The notes under the pieces were generated by a model. The model was not told where the DNA came from. It was given only the letters and a program-made list of their open reading frames with translations, and ran no database searches. DNA of 63,992 nucleotides, filler included, from Bonamia ostreae (lineage: Eukaryota): NCBI GenBank assembly GCA_040357525.1. It is 9 parts of 9 records of this genome, joined end to end, with 100 filler letters (N's around TTAATTAATTAA, not from the genome) between each part and the next. Parts side by side here need not be neighbours in the genome. Positions count along the whole stretch, not along the records: positions 7,523 to 14,881 come from JBDODL010000086.1; positions 14,982 to 22,239 come from JBDODL010000088.1; positions 22,340 to 29,585 come from JBDODL010000089.1; 6 more parts are not named here. One strand, 5' to 3'. This document shows positions 13,006 to 26,068 of this stretch, in pieces; position 1 is the first letter of the stretch; each line of letters begins with the position of its first letter. The translations under genes were made by a program, and so were the position numbers.

Positions 13006-13530
13006 TTGAACTGTTCTCGAGTTTTATCTCCGAAGTCGAACTTAAATTCAAAAACGACTACGCTCCACAAAGAAAAATTTTCGAGAACATTCAACACAAA
13101 AATTATTCTACGTAAAATTAAAAATAAAAAAAGCCTTCTCCTCCAAACACGAAACCTGTTCTCGCTCCTGTCGACGCTCTCAGAACAAACGGTCGCCCAA
13201 ATCTGCAAAATCAAAAACTTTTTCAGCCAAATCAACAGCCACTTCCAAAAAGCACTTTCCTTCGAAATTTCCTGCGACGACAAAAACTTGTATCGAATGA
13301 ACTCCGAAGATCAATATGTTCAGAAGCTCGTTTCCCGCGGCGAAACTTTTTTGAGGAAGATAAGTTTTTGTGTCGAGAAGACCTGTTTGTTCTTGTCAGA
13401 AGCCGTTCCTTTCCAGCTCGTCCGGAAAGAGCTGTTGGACAAACTGGATTCGAATGTGCTGCGCTCTCTAAATCTGGACGAACATTTCGAATCGATTTTT
13501 GAAAAAGAAAACGAAATTGCTTTGGAATAA
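13006..13530 (+). CDS. Hypothetical protein
   Basis: 174-aa ORF; start unresolved. Confidence 0.45.
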   Translation: MNCSRVLSPKSNLNSKTTTLHKEKFSRTFNTKIILRKIKNKKSLLLQTRNLFSLLSTLSEQTVAQICKIKNFFSQINSHFQKALSFEISCDDKNLYRMNSEDQYVQKLVSRGETFLRKISFCVEKTCLFLSEAVPFQLVRKELLDKLDSNVLRSLNLDEHFESIFEKENEIALE

Positions 13531-13637
13531 ATTTCTTTTTCAATTTTTTCACAATTTTCAAATTAGTAAATTTAAAAATGGTTTTTGCAATTAGTCAAAA
13601 AAGATTGATCACAATAACATTTATTAAGCACGTCTGC

Positions 13638-14596
13638 TCACTCTCTGCTCTTTCGGTCCATCTCCTCCGCGGTGAACGAAATCTCATTTTCTGCGACGTC
13701 ACTTCCTTCTCTGTCTTTCCCGAGATGTTCGACTTTTGCGCCATCGTCTTTGTCGGAAGGCCGTTTTGTCTCCTGCAGCTCAGAGCCGACAATGTCCATC
13801 GTCTCCTCTGTGAATCCTTCGATTTTCTCTTTGGCGGAGCTGAAGATACCGGTGATGAAGTTGAGACCGCTTTTCACGCTTTCGTTCTCGCTCAGTTTGG
13901 CGACATGTCGGGACATGTCGCCTTTGATGCTGCCGATTTTCTCGGAAATGCCCATGTCGCTGTCTACTTTGCTCGCGCGCCGGTTCGCTTCTTCCCCCAA
14001 CGACTTTATTGTTTGCAATTGGCAATTTGCAAACGACGGAAAAGAAAAACTTTGGCGGATTCCGAGATGGAACGTGCGATTCCGCTGATTCCCGTCTTCT
14101 CGTCGACGTTCTGGAAAACGTCGTAGATGCTCTTGCGCGCCTTCTCCGCTTTCTGCTGCAATTCCCAGTCGCTCGCCATTTGGTTCGCGCCTTTGTACGC
14201 GCCGTGCAAACCCAAAATCCCGTTCGCGGCGAGACCGGTCAGTTGCTTCTGCGCGGTCTTCCTGAGTCGTGGGAGCACTTGTTGGTCGTATTTGGAGTAC
14301 GTCGTTTTGTGGTCCATGAGAAAGAGTCCTTCGTCGGAGCGGGCCATCTCTTCGACGTCTCGCAGGCGGTCCTCGTCGCCGACGACGAGGAGGACGTCGA
14401 CGCGGGAGTGGGGCTCGAGGAAGAAGAGGTTGGTCTGAGCGATGAAGCCGTCGTCGCCGCCGAAGAAGTTTTTGAGTTCAGCTTCGACTCCGGAGAAGTC
14501 TTCTTTTCGGGGGATTCCTCTGTCGCAATTTTCGGCGGCCCATTCGGGTTTGATGAAGAAAGAGAGGAGGGCTGCTTTGGAGCTGAGTTCTGCCAT
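13638..14596 (-). CDS. Hypothetical protein (2 exons)
   Basis: GC-rich codon usage; ORFs joined by a 47-nt GT-AG intron at 14004-14050. Confidence 0.7.
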
Positions 14597-14651
14597 TGGG
14601 ACGCAGAACGATTTCTGGATTGTGTCTGCGAGGTACTTTGGTCGATTTTTT

Positions 14652-14881
14652 AACGATTTTTTTTATAATTGTTTTTTCGATGAAATAGATTATTTTTTGA
14701 AAATTATTTTAACGATGAAATAGATTTTTTTTATAATTATTTTAACGATGAAATAGATTTTTTTTTATAATTATTTTAACGATGAAATAGATTTTTTTTG
14801 TAATAATTGTTTTTTCGATGAAATAGATTTTTTTATAATTGTTTTTTCGATGAAATAGATTTTTTTGATAATTATTTTAAC
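14652..14881. repeat. ~33-bp tandem repeat (CGATGAAATAGATTTTT core)
   Basis: About 6 copies running into the contig end. Confidence 0.85.
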
Positions 14882-14981
14882 NNNNNNNNNNNNNNNNNNN
14901 NNNNNNNNNNNNNNNNNNNNNNNNNTTAATTAATTAANNNNNNNNNNNNNNNNNNNNNNNNNNNNNNNNNNNNNNNNNNNN
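14882..14981. other. Artificial contig-joining spacer
   Basis: Same 100-nt N/TTAATTAATTAA/N linker. Confidence 0.98.
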
Positions 14982-15201
14982 AAAAATTTTTTATTCAAAA
15001 TTTATTTTTAAACTTTTAAAAGACAAAATTTATTTTTAACGACAAAAATTTTTTATTCAAAATTTATTTTTAAACTTTTAAAAGACAAAATTTATTTTTA
15101 ACGACAAAAATTTTTTATTCAAAATTTATTTTTAAACTTTTAAAAGACAAAATTTATTTTAACGACAAAAATTTTTTATTCAAAATTTATTTTTAAACTT
15201 T
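14982..15201. repeat. ~61-bp AT-rich tandem repeat
   Basis: About 3.5 near-identical copies at the contig start. Confidence 0.85.
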
Positions 15202-16127
15202 ATGAAAAATGTGTTTTCTGGCGCTTTTATAATATCCGGAAGATTTTTGAAAAATAATTTTAATCCCTCTTTGTAGCCCATTTTTAATATCAAATCTTTT
15301 CTCACAACAGTTCCAAGTTCTTTTGACTAAATTTTAAAAACGGCAATTAGTAAAATTTTTATATTGATAAAAAGCCAAAAGTTCAAATTTGTAAAAACAG
15401 AAATTTGTTCTAAAAATACAAAAATTTTGTCTTCACACAATATCCTCAAATCCTCGAATAAATAAAATTTTTGTTTTTCTGTAAAAATTTTTGATTTTCT
15501 CGATATCGTTTCTTTGACAAAACATTCTGCAGATTTTGATAAAACATAATTAAAATTTAGTTTTGCCAGTTTTTCGGTCGTTTTGGCAAAACCTTTTATC
15601 AAAAATTCGTTTTTGGTTTTTTGGGAAGTTAAAACTGAATCTTCGCAGTTTTCTTCAAAAATGTCGAACGTGGCCGAGAAAACAGCGGTTAAACATTTTA
15701 TCAAGTTTTGCGATTTGTAATTTTGGTGCAAAATTTTTATTTTCTCAAATAACTTGTTTTTGTTATAAAGATTTTCTTGTTTCAATACTTTTTTGTACGT
15801 TCGAAAAATTGTTTCAAATTCTGAATAAAGTTTTTCTGCAGATTGATTTATTGTGTTTAAAAGCAAAATCGCTTTTTTTGATTTATTCAATAAATAATCG
15901 AGATACTGTGTACTGTAATAATGGTCGATTTTGAACATAAATTCTTTGAATCGATTTTCGAGTTGTTTTTCGATATAAAGTTCAAACCATCCGACAACGG
16001 CGACTTGTGTTTCTGGTCTAAAAAGTGTTTTTATTTCTTTTTGAAGATCGGAAAAATTTTTTGCTCCAATTTTAGATTCAAACTGTTTTGTCTTTTGAAC
16101 AACGTTCTTTAATATTTTTGATTCCAT
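15202..16127 (-). CDS. Helical protein, possibly the N-terminal part of APC2 (truncated)
   Basis: 282-aa ORF plus a following exon LFFKNLPDIIKAPE, weakly like the APC2 FDIIxDYP motif. Confidence 0.3.
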
Positions 16128-16352
16128 TTTTAATAGCTTTTTAGGATTTATTATTTTTGGATATATTATGAACATTAAAAGTTTTACATATAATAACAGT
16201 TGATGTCTTTATAAAATGGATATTGATTTTTATTATGTTTGTGATCATTGTAATCGACTAAATTTTTAAATTTAGTCGATTTTGAATGAATAATTATATT
16301 TATAAAGAATAATAATTTCTACAAAAAAGTAGATTTTGGCTAAATTTTAAAT

Positions 16353-19300
16353 TTAATTTTTGGAATTGATGACGTCTGCCAACAAACATAAAGTTTCATC
16401 CACATCGTCTTCCAATCTCTCAGATATTAAATTCATGTTTTTGGATAACTCTGCTAGCAATTTGCTATCCGCTCTCGATATTTCTTTTGAATGTGTCTAA
16501 AATTTAGAAAAATCAAATTTGAAAAATTAAAATTATTTTAAAAAACTTTAAAAAATAAATTTAGACAAGATTGAACCACTTCAAAATGGGCGAATTTGTT
16601 TGTCAATGAAATAAAAAATTTTAAAAATAATTCTATTTCTTCTTCTTCTTCAATAAATTGGAAATCCAAATCAATTTTCGAAATATTTGTTTTCTTCAAA
16701 TATTCCAATGCTTCTTTATCTTTAAAATCGAAATTGTAAAAATTGTTAAAAAAGTTTTTTCTAAAAAGATCAAAATTTTAAAAATTGTTAAAAAAGTTTT
16801 TTTCTAAAAAGATCAAAATTTCAAAAATTGTTAAAATATTTTTTCTAAAAAGATCAAAATTTTAAAAATTGTTAAAAAAGTTTTTTCTAAAAAGATCAAA
16901 ATTTCAAAAATTGTTAAAAAAGTTTTTTCTAAAAAGATCAAAATTTTAAAAATATTATTTTTTGAATCCAAAATTTAATTAGCAAAATTTTAACAATTTG
17001 TGATTTTTTCGCAACGTCTTAGAATTTTTATTAATTTGTTATCACTAAATTTGGAAATATTTTTATTAAGATCGTCATTCTCTTCAATCTCGTCATTTTT
17101 ATTATAATCTTCTAATGACGCTAAAAAGAATGGCGCATTTTCCATTTTTTTAACGGGCTCTATTGGTCGATTTCTTTCCTTTTTATAATTTTTTATTTTT
17201 GACATTTAATTGCCAAATTTTTATTTTTGGCAATATTAATTAGCCAAACTTTTTAAATCGCCAAATTTTTTTTAGCAAAAATAATTTTTGATAAAAACTT
17301 TAATCAAATCGTAAAAAGCGAGGTTTGCCCATTTATCAATTTTCGCCGAATTTGAAAAAACGACCAAATTTTCAATTTCACTATTTTTCTCTTTTTTGAG
17401 AACTTTGTTCTCATTTTTATCGTATTTGTTTTGATTATTTTCTTTATTGCTGTTCTGATTTTTGTCGCCGTCTTTGTTGCTCTCATTTTTATTCCACAAC
17501 AAATTTCTATCCAATTCGGTCAATTTTCCATCAACTTCTTCAAAATGAGAAAAATTTCCAGCTTTTAGAAAAAATCTTTTCGGAGGGACGTTTTTGTTTA
17601 CAGAATTTGTTGGCAAATGCATAAAATGGCTTTTGTTGATCCACAAGTGAACAGCTAATGAATTTGCGTGCGTTGTCATCAGAAATCTTTCATCCGGTGA
17701 AAAGTTTATCGATGTTGGAGGATCTTCGAATTCGAACCAATCGATTAATATATTTGAAAGTATATCGAAAACGCGCACTATTCCATTTGTCGTAGTTGTT
17801 ATCAACCAACGCCCGTTTGGATGAAATGTCTTTATTGTTGTTATTTTTGTTTGTCGTTAAAAACAAAATCGGAAATCCGAGAAAAATGAGTTTCGAATTC
17901 TCTGACCATTTTCATATTTGAGATATCAATTAATGTTATTTCAAAATCGTTTGTTGTTACTCCAAGAAGATTAGTTTCCAAATGCAGTTTCATTTTGGTT
18001 ATTGGCGATCGCAATTCCAAAAATCTCAAAATTCTCGCTTCTTCAAAGTTCCAAACCTCAAATTTAAAAGAATGTCAAACTTTGATTATTGAGTCTGTTG
18101 CGCCACTAATTAACGTTTTGTTAAAAGATTCGAAGCATAATCCAAAAATTGCTCCAGCGTGAGCAGATTTGCCAATATTTTCGTCAATAAATTTTTCTCT
18201 AAAATGGCTCGATTCCATGTTAAATTTGTAAATGTTTCCAGATTGTGTTCCGACCACACAAAAATTACCACAAACGCTCAAACTTACAGTCTTTTAATAA
18301 ATTTGACAGTTATTTCTTTTAATCGGCAATTTTAAAACAAATTTGAACAATTTAAAAAAAAACTAAAAACAACTTTAAAACAAATTTTAACAATTTTAAA
18401 AAATGGTGATCAGTTTTAAACCAAATTTTGAGCAATTTTGAAAACTAAAAACAATTTTAAATTATTGGATTGACCAAAAAATAATTTTTAATACGAAAAA
18501 ACGGTTATAATAGTTTTTTCCTTAAGCGAAAGTTTTTTCTTGTTCATCGCCTTGTTTTCGAAGGACCACGTAATGGCTTTATTTGACTTTTCATGACAGG
18601 TTATAATGTTCCACCATTGGCGCTCTTTTGCTTGAGCTTTGATTATTTTATGTGATCAAATATTATAAAAATATGATATATTTTAAATCATGGAAGTCTT
18701 TTGTAATCATTAGATTTGTTAAATTAGATCGCCTTAAACTAAAACGTAAAATGATTTGATCTCTAAAAAATTTAATCGACAAAATTTTTTGTTCACGAAA
18801 AATAATCTTTTAGACTAAAAAATTAGAAATGCCCTTTAATGGCAACACAAAAAATATCGAACAAATTGTAATAACTCAATAACAAAAAATAACATGTGCA
18901 CATATCAAGAGCAATTGGCAATTTGAGACGTTCTTTTTCGCTTTTAGTGTTTTTAGCCAATTTGTCTAATTTGCCTTGACTAAATTCCACATTTTGCTCG
19001 TCTCTAATAACTGAAATTCTTCTTAAAGCTCTATCACAACCAGCGCTTATTATATCGGTTCCCTTTTCGCCATAAAATTGAGCAAAAGATAGCGGCAAAT
19101 AATGTCCAGAACGAGATTTTAAACAGATAGCAGTTTGATCTTCCACATCGATTTTCCATATTTTTAAAGAATTGTCATTTGAAGCCGTAACAAGCTTTAA
19201 ATCTTCAAGAAAATATATGGACGAAATGGTCCTTAAATGAGCTTTTTTAATGATTTGATTTAGATTTTTTTCTTCTAAATCCCAAACGTTGACGCAACCG

Positions 19301-20187
19301 GATGTGGACGATGTGGCTAATATTCCCTTTTCGTCTTTTCCTACGGAAATTTGGAAAATTTAAAATCGCTAAAATTCGAATGTCGATAATTTTAGCCGAA
19401 AAACTGGAAAAGTCCAAATCGGTTATAGCGCCATTCGTTTGTAAAAAATCGGTCAAAACGACGTTTTGTTTAAGATTCAAAATCTCAATTTTCCCGTTTT
19501 TGTAACCGACTGAAACGACATTTTTAACTTGCGACGATTTAATTTTAAGCACAGAATTGACGCTGTTGTTACTTAAATTATCGGCATTAAAGACGAAAAT
19601 CGGTTTTTGCCGGAAAATTTTATATAGGATAAGCACACCATTTTCAAATCCGATTAATATTTTATCTTTGTGGCCATATAACGTTTCGACGCAAGATGAT
19701 TTATGCGGCAATTTTAAAACGGAACTTAATTTTAACGAATTGTCGTAAATCTCGAGTTGGTCTGTTTTAAGACATAAAAGAAATAAAGAATTTTCGTCGA
19801 TAGTTTTGGAGCTATGAAAATCTCCAACAGACTTTAACTCGATGAATTTGAGCTTTAGGACTTTAGATTTTTGTATAATCGATGATGTCTTTTTATGTTT
19901 TTGAAAGATAACCAGTTCGTTTCGTTTCCATAATGAAATGTGTTGGTTGTGGTAAGCGGCCGTAAAAGTTTGCTTTGAGGCAATCAGTTGAATTTTGGAA
20001 GCGACGGATTGGCCAAGATTTGCCAGTTTGAGTTTTTTGGCCTTTGGTTGTCAATCGAAACATTGTAGACGTGGAAAGTGTCCCCGACAGCGCAAGTCAA
20101 AAAATCGTCGTTTCCGAGGTTTTCACCACTTATAGGAACGTTGTTGCAAACAATTCCTAAAGCTCTATATGGTGCGAATAGCGACAT
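16353..20187 (-). CDS. WDR36: U3 snoRNA-associated WD40 protein WDR36/Utp21, multi-exon
   Basis: MSLFAPYRALG start; RSGH..FYG..IISAGCDR; SVCGNFCVVG..FNMES; FSPDERFLMTTH..LWIN; ENAPFFL. Confidence 0.93.
16738..16952. repeat. 42-bp tandem repeat (~5 copies) inside a WDR36 intron
   Basis: AAAAATTGTTAAAAAAGTTTTTTCTAAAAAGATCAAAATTTT unit. Confidence 0.9.
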
Positions 20188-20330
20188 TTTAAGCTTTGTT
20201 ATATTTGTTTTGTTTAACTAAAAATGGCTAAATCTAAAAAATGGATTGGCACTGACAATATAATTGATATAAATGACGAAAAATTTTCGCAAATTTGATT
20301 AATTTTTAGAAAAATTTGTACTTTTGAAAT

Positions 20331-21580
20331 TTATTTTTTCTTCTTTAATGTTTTGGCTAAGACACCCTTTTGTCCCAACATTTTTAGAATCGTCATTATA
20401 AGAGGTACATAATTATGTCTTCTTCTTTCATTTTCGATCTTTTTTTTATTAAAAAAACTTTCCAGTTTTTAAATTTATTTTCCTCTTCGACCAATTTCTC
20501 TTGCAATTTTACAATTTTGCTGGAATTTTCCGCTTTGTCCAAATTTTGCAATCTTTTTATTTGGGCTTTTATTTCTGTTCGATTGTCTGGGACGATTCCC
20601 ATAAGATTGAATCCTATTTCCGAACTCCCCAAACTTATCAAAAAGAATTTTCGTCATTAATTAAAAATAAAATATCGAAAATGTTCAAACATCTCAATTT
20701 TGCTCTTTATATGTTGTTTCGCAATTTTCAACCATTCGCTTTTATCAACACCGTCGGCTTTTAAGAAACAAGTATTAACGTATTTAGATATAAAAATCCA
20801 ACACGAATATATGAAAAGCTGACGAACAATAAGTCCAAAAATCGCTTAAAAATGGTTAATTGCAGAATGTCAAAATTAAACAAATAGAAACCGATCAGAA
20901 CAGGCGAAAATTTTAAGCCGTCCAGTTCATAGACGGCGTTTTCGAAGGGCACCAAAGTTATAAAATGGAACGCGTCCTCTGTTTGGGATGGCTGAGATCC
21001 ATTATTTGAGTAAAAAAGACCATGTGTGTTAAAAGAATTGTGAACTGATTTTATATATTTGCTGTTGCCTATAACAATCCCTTTTTCCTATTTTTATTTA
21101 AATTGTCCCTTTTTAATTTATTTTTCCGCGATTAATGTCTTTACTAAATATCTTTTACACAAACTACCCCAAAAACGAGAAAAATTTTGGCGATACAAAT
21201 TTGAAGTGTTTTGGCCAAAGAAAAAATATTTGGCTAAAAACTTCGTGTGAACAACTCGAACAGCTTTTTTTAAACTCGTTGAGAAATTTTCCGAGTTGGA
21301 TTTCGGAAGAGTTTAAAAGAACTGACAAGATCGCTTGCGTGGCACAGGCATTATCAATGATTTGCCGCGCGAAAAACAGGTTTTGGGGAATCTGTTGTTT
21401 GGTTTTTTTGTTTGGGGGTTTAAGTGATGTCCATTTGAAGAGAAAGATGAGCCCGAAAACTTTTTCTTGTTTGTCCAAAGTGTCCAAGTCGTAATATTCT
21501 TCGACCGAAATGTTTTTGACGCCTAAGCGCTCAATGAGTTCTGTGAATACTCCTGGGTCGCTTTCTATCGTCGACCACAT
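20331..21580 (-). CDS. UCHL5: Ubiquitin C-terminal hydrolase UCH37, multi-exon
   Basis: WSTIESDPGVFTELI, QIIDNACATQA (catalytic Cys), DAFHF (His), YELDGL (Asp); C-terminal coiled tail. Confidence 0.93.
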
Positions 21581-21697
21581 TTAATTTGCTAATCTATTGA
21601 AAATCGTTAAAGTGCGATGAGCTTTAATGTGCTAAATTTCAACTTTTGACGATATTCTTTAAAGAGTTTAAATAAAGTAAAAGACAAACAGAAATTG

Positions 21698-22239
21698 ATG
21701 GCGACGCTGGAAAACCTCATTAAAGATTTCGACAATATTCCATACGCGATCAAAAGAGAATTGGAACTTTTGACGAAACTGTCGTACAAAACGCAGTGTA
21801 CTTTTAATTTAAAAATAGCAAAACAAATCCAACTCGAAAATATGTACAACCGAACCGTCGAAAATTTAAATAACGTTCCCGAAACACCCGAAGAAACGAA
21901 TATATTAAACGGCAAAATCCGAACAATACGCAAAAACCAAAAAGAAATATTTTTTCTGCACTCCGAAAAAATTGCTTCTGTGGAAAAAATACAAAAAATT
22001 GTAAATTTTTTTTATCCAAAAAAGATAAAAAGCGCTCTTTGCAGAACAGAATGTTGCGTTGTTCAACTTAAAGACGAATTTAAAGGTAATTTTTGATATC
22101 ACTGAATTTTAGAAATTCCGGTGGAAACTTATTTTACAAAGATCATATCGATTCTAAAGAAAAACAAAGCATTGTCGAAACAAAGCCGTTCGTACTTTAA
22201 AAACCAAGTTATGGAACATGTGCGGAAAAACAATTGTGA
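21698..22239 (+). CDS. ING-family N-terminal-domain-like protein (runs to contig end)
   Basis: LENLIKDFDNIPYAIKRELELL and EKIASVEKI resemble the ING N-terminal helices; no PHD finger seen. Confidence 0.5.
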
Positions 22240-22339
22240 NNNNNNNNNNNNNNNNNNNNNNNNNNNNNNNNNNNNNNNNNNNNTTAATTAATTAANNNNN
22301 NNNNNNNNNNNNNNNNNNNNNNNNNNNNNNNNNNNNNNN
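22240..22339. other. Artificial contig-joining spacer
   Basis: Same linker. Confidence 0.98.
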
Positions 22340-22648
22340 TGCAAAAAGCTTAGTCTTTCTTGTGCCATACTTTTTGTAACTTTCTTTTCAAAGTTATCTG
22401 TTTATGTATTTTTGATAGATACACTATGATCGATATCAAAGATCGAATTTTTTCAAAAATAAGATCATATAACAAAGTGAATATAACAAAAGGGAATATA
22501 ATAACAAAGTAGGTGATATAAAGAAAAAACTTTTTCTGATTTCATTCACAAATGACTTTTTGAAGTAAAATCTTACAAAATATAAAGAAATTACTTTAAA
22601 CTTGTTTAGTGTAATAAATTTTTGTCTTTTTAACTCTTTAATTATTTA

Positions 22649-23645
22649 TCAGTCAGTTTTCCACACAATGTCCAGAAAGCGCATCACTTGTTCATACACT
22701 ACCATGACAATTGCCACGTCTGCGCAAACCCTCATCATTCGCGGTGTGACGCCCTTATAGAAAGCAAGAGGGCCTTCTTCCCGCCAAATTTTTTGTGCGC
22801 AGTCTACAAAGCCATTGTAGTTGTGTGCCTGTAATCCCTGTAGACGAGTTTTTATCACGTCGAGCGGCGTGTTTCCGTACACTGAAGCGGCACCAGCTAT
22901 CGCTCCCGCTAGTGCCGTTTTAAGAGGACCTATACTGTTCGGAGCCTGTCCCTCTTTTGCGAAAGCGGCCTTAAGTTTTGAGTATACTAGCCATCGAATA
23001 GCTTGATTGCTGCCCTGCTTGAGCAAAGTCGCGGAAAGCCCTCTGTAAGTAGCCGCAATGCCTTGCTCGGAAACGATCCTGTAAACGCCGTGGAAAAAGT
23101 TGCGATACTTGCGCTGCCCTTTAGCGTTCTGCAGCTGGTCGTGGATCAACTTCACTTTTAGAGTCTCCATCGGTGTGACGACTGTCAGCGCCTCGAAAAG
23201 CCCACTGCCTAGTCCGCACAACACTGTTTTCCCTGTGCTAATTTTGCCGTCCGGTCCCTTTATTGACTCTAGCAAAAACTTCCATTAGTTTCCTCAGATT
23301 TTCGTAAGCAAAAAAACGCGAGGCGTTTTTAGGCACCGAGAAAAACAAGAGACATGACAAGCCGCGATACATTCCTAACACGGAGTGCTCGCGCACTGTA
23401 GAGCGAACGAAATTTAGCACGCCATCTTTTGAGAGCTGCCTGTTAAGCTGCATTTGAGTCTTAATATATTCTGTGGGATAAGTGATGCTTATTTCGATTG
23501 CACCAGAAAGTCCGCCGGCGAGTATTGCCTTTAGCGGGTGTCGGCTCTTGTTGCGGTTAGGCTGTCTTGGCACGACCGATTTCTCTTTGTTGTGCTCTTG
23601 CGAGGAGTGCACCTCTACGGCTTTGTTCCGGAATGACAAAAACAT
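22649..23645 (-). CDS. SLC25A1: Mitochondrial tricarboxylate/citrate carrier
   Basis: Three Px[DE]xx[KR] repeats (YPTEYIKT, TPMETLKV, TPLDVIKT), KQGSNQAIR; 22-nt intron at 23258-23279. Confidence 0.92.
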
Positions 23646-24710
23646 AGCCGTTCGAACTAAATTTAAGTGGCTTAGAAAATCATTAATGTGAATTTATTTA
23701 ATATGGCTCAATCACCCCTTACATTTCTCTGTTGTAATTGAACTAGGGACTCGCTCCAAATTGGAACAGAGCAGAAATCATTAATACAAATTATAATGCC
23801 AAAGGACAAAATCAAGTTTAAAAAAATCGACTCCTTAATAATTATGCATTAAAATTTTTTGCGTACAAAAACTCTTAAATAGCAAAAGAGCCCTACTCGC
23901 AAATATTAGCTTGTTTGGATATAATTTATTTGCCTAAAAATGATTTTTTCGACGCTCAAAAAGGAATTCACAAGTCTACTTCTGTATTATGAACTGCTCA
24001 CTGGAATTTATCTGTTCTCTTATTAAAATAAAAGATTTAGTACGAAAGAGCGTGTTGTCCTTCGTTTTAAATCTTTAATTTACTCAAAAAGATGTGGTCT
24101 GCTCCGTAACGATCTTTGCTTGCTGTTACTATAGCATCTACATATCGTCATTAGTTTTGGAGCATATAGCATCTTTTTTGGCAGTAATGGCCAGTCAGCT
24201 ATTCCATTAACGCCATAAATTGTTATCCACGATTTTATTCATAAATATACGGCACTCTACAACTTTCAGTACTTTCCTTCAAAATTTTGCTAAAATTTTT
24301 TGAAACAGGAACAAACAGAATACAATAATATTTCACAAAATTGTAAAACTGTTTTCGTAGATTCCAATATATCGTAATCCTGATGCCCCATTATTTTAAA
24401 ATGGCATTAAACAGTGTATAGTTAAAAATTTCATTGATGACCTGTTGCTTTTCCGTAAATACTTACAATTTGAAAAGATGGCTGTTGAAACTTGTGTCCT
24501 GTAAATACAACATACAGTTTGAGTTAGTTTCCTGTAAATATGTACTTGACAGTTCCTGACATTTCAATAAAGAGTTCCTAGATGATAGACCGGAGAGTTT
24601 TTGGGAGTTGAGGTCCCACAATATAAGGAGTTAGGAACCTGGTGTCGCCATGAGGTTCCCCTGCCGATTCATAAATTAAACAAATTTTATAGAAAGCTAA
24701 TTTCCCCGTA

Positions 24711-25680
24711 ATGGCCAATTTTGTAAAACAATCAGATTCGATATTAACAGATGTATTTCGCTATCTGACGGTCCCTGAACTCGCTCAAATGCGACTGGTT
24801 TCAAGAAAATTCCGTCTGGCAGCAGAGAAAACACTCGCCAAACTCCAACTAGCACGAATCAAAAACTGTTGGGACAAAGCTGACTCTCTTAAGCTCATAG
24901 CAGCGCACTTTCACTCCGTTCGAAAAGTGGTGATCGCTTGTTACGGCGGAGAAACCGCATTTTCAGTTTAAACCCCCTATATTTTAGGCTGCTATAAAAG
25001 TCTTCCAGTCGTGCCCACAACTGGAAAGTATTGGAATAATCCCTGGTGGTGCAATTAATTGCTTTAACGGAATGCTTCATCGTATCAGAGAACTGGCTGT
25101 GTCCATTGAATCGGCTACCGAGTTAGATAGCATTGCTGTCAAGTGTGACAACTTGGAAATACTCGAGATAGAGTGGGCACCCTTCGCGCCATCTAGACGC
25201 AGTCTCTTGCAGGTTTTCTCGAGCTGCACCAGAATTCGTTCACTGTCTCTGTGGGGGTTTTCTGTCGAACCCAGTCAATTTTTAGTAGCCAAACGCATCG
25301 AAGAACTATTTTTCTACTCAACAAATCTCGACGACGACTATCTGGAGTCGCTGTCGCTGCAGCTCTGCGACAAGCCGTTACGGCGTCTAAAAATAAGCGG
25401 CCAAACTTGCACGATAAGAGGCATCTTGAGCGTTGCGTTGTATTTGCCAGAACTAGAAGAACTAAATATTAGCTACACCAAAGTGGACGGGGATGATGTG
25501 GCCGATTTGTTATCAGCTAAAAACACGAGAGGGGAGTTGCAAGTTCTGAGGCACTTGAAGCATTTGTCAATAGGGTGGGATCAAGTCGATGTGGTGAAAA
25601 AGAGGCTTTCATCTCTGAGAAAGAATATGGTTGTGGATTGTAGTCCTTGGTGCAAACAAAAGTGCTGTGTTGCCGATTAA
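24711..25680 (+). CDS. F-box/LRR protein
   Basis: F-box ILTDVFRYLTVPELAQMRLVSRKF then LRR-like repeats; a 22-nt intron at 24966-24987 restores the frame. Confidence 0.8.
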
Positions 25681-26068
25681 ACAAAAAATATTGCTCAACT
25701 TACACAATTATTTTTGACGTGACATATGTTACATGTAAAAGCTAAGGATGTGAATATTAAATCATGAATATTAACGGTTTTAATTGGATTGAAGCAGGTT
25801 TCTATTTAAATAAAACAAATCGAATAAAGTCCCTTTATCAAAAATAAAGTAAAAACTATTTATAGTTTTTAAACAGTGGAACTTCACGATCTAGGACCAT
25901 CTCTGAAAAAGTTCAGAGTCGGTTTAGAAGGCGGGGGTAAGCAACTCAATTTTTAGATGTGGTATAATTAAAATGTATAAACGGGCATATTTGAAAGTAT
26001 ATTCAATTAAATTATTCGGCAGCCCTAAATGAACCGAAAGACAGTATAGAGCTGTAATTAAGTTAAGA

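Noticed and set aside
12546-16952. Tandem arrays as CRISPR arrays
   Set aside because: No unique spacers, no cas genes, eukaryotic context; ORFs over them are low-complexity artefacts
24640-24672. Minus-strand GGCAGGGGA resembling the U1 snRNA 5' region
   Set aside because: No ACUUAC-like 5' end, no GAUCACGAAG loop I and no convincing Sm site; it is only a 9-nt match
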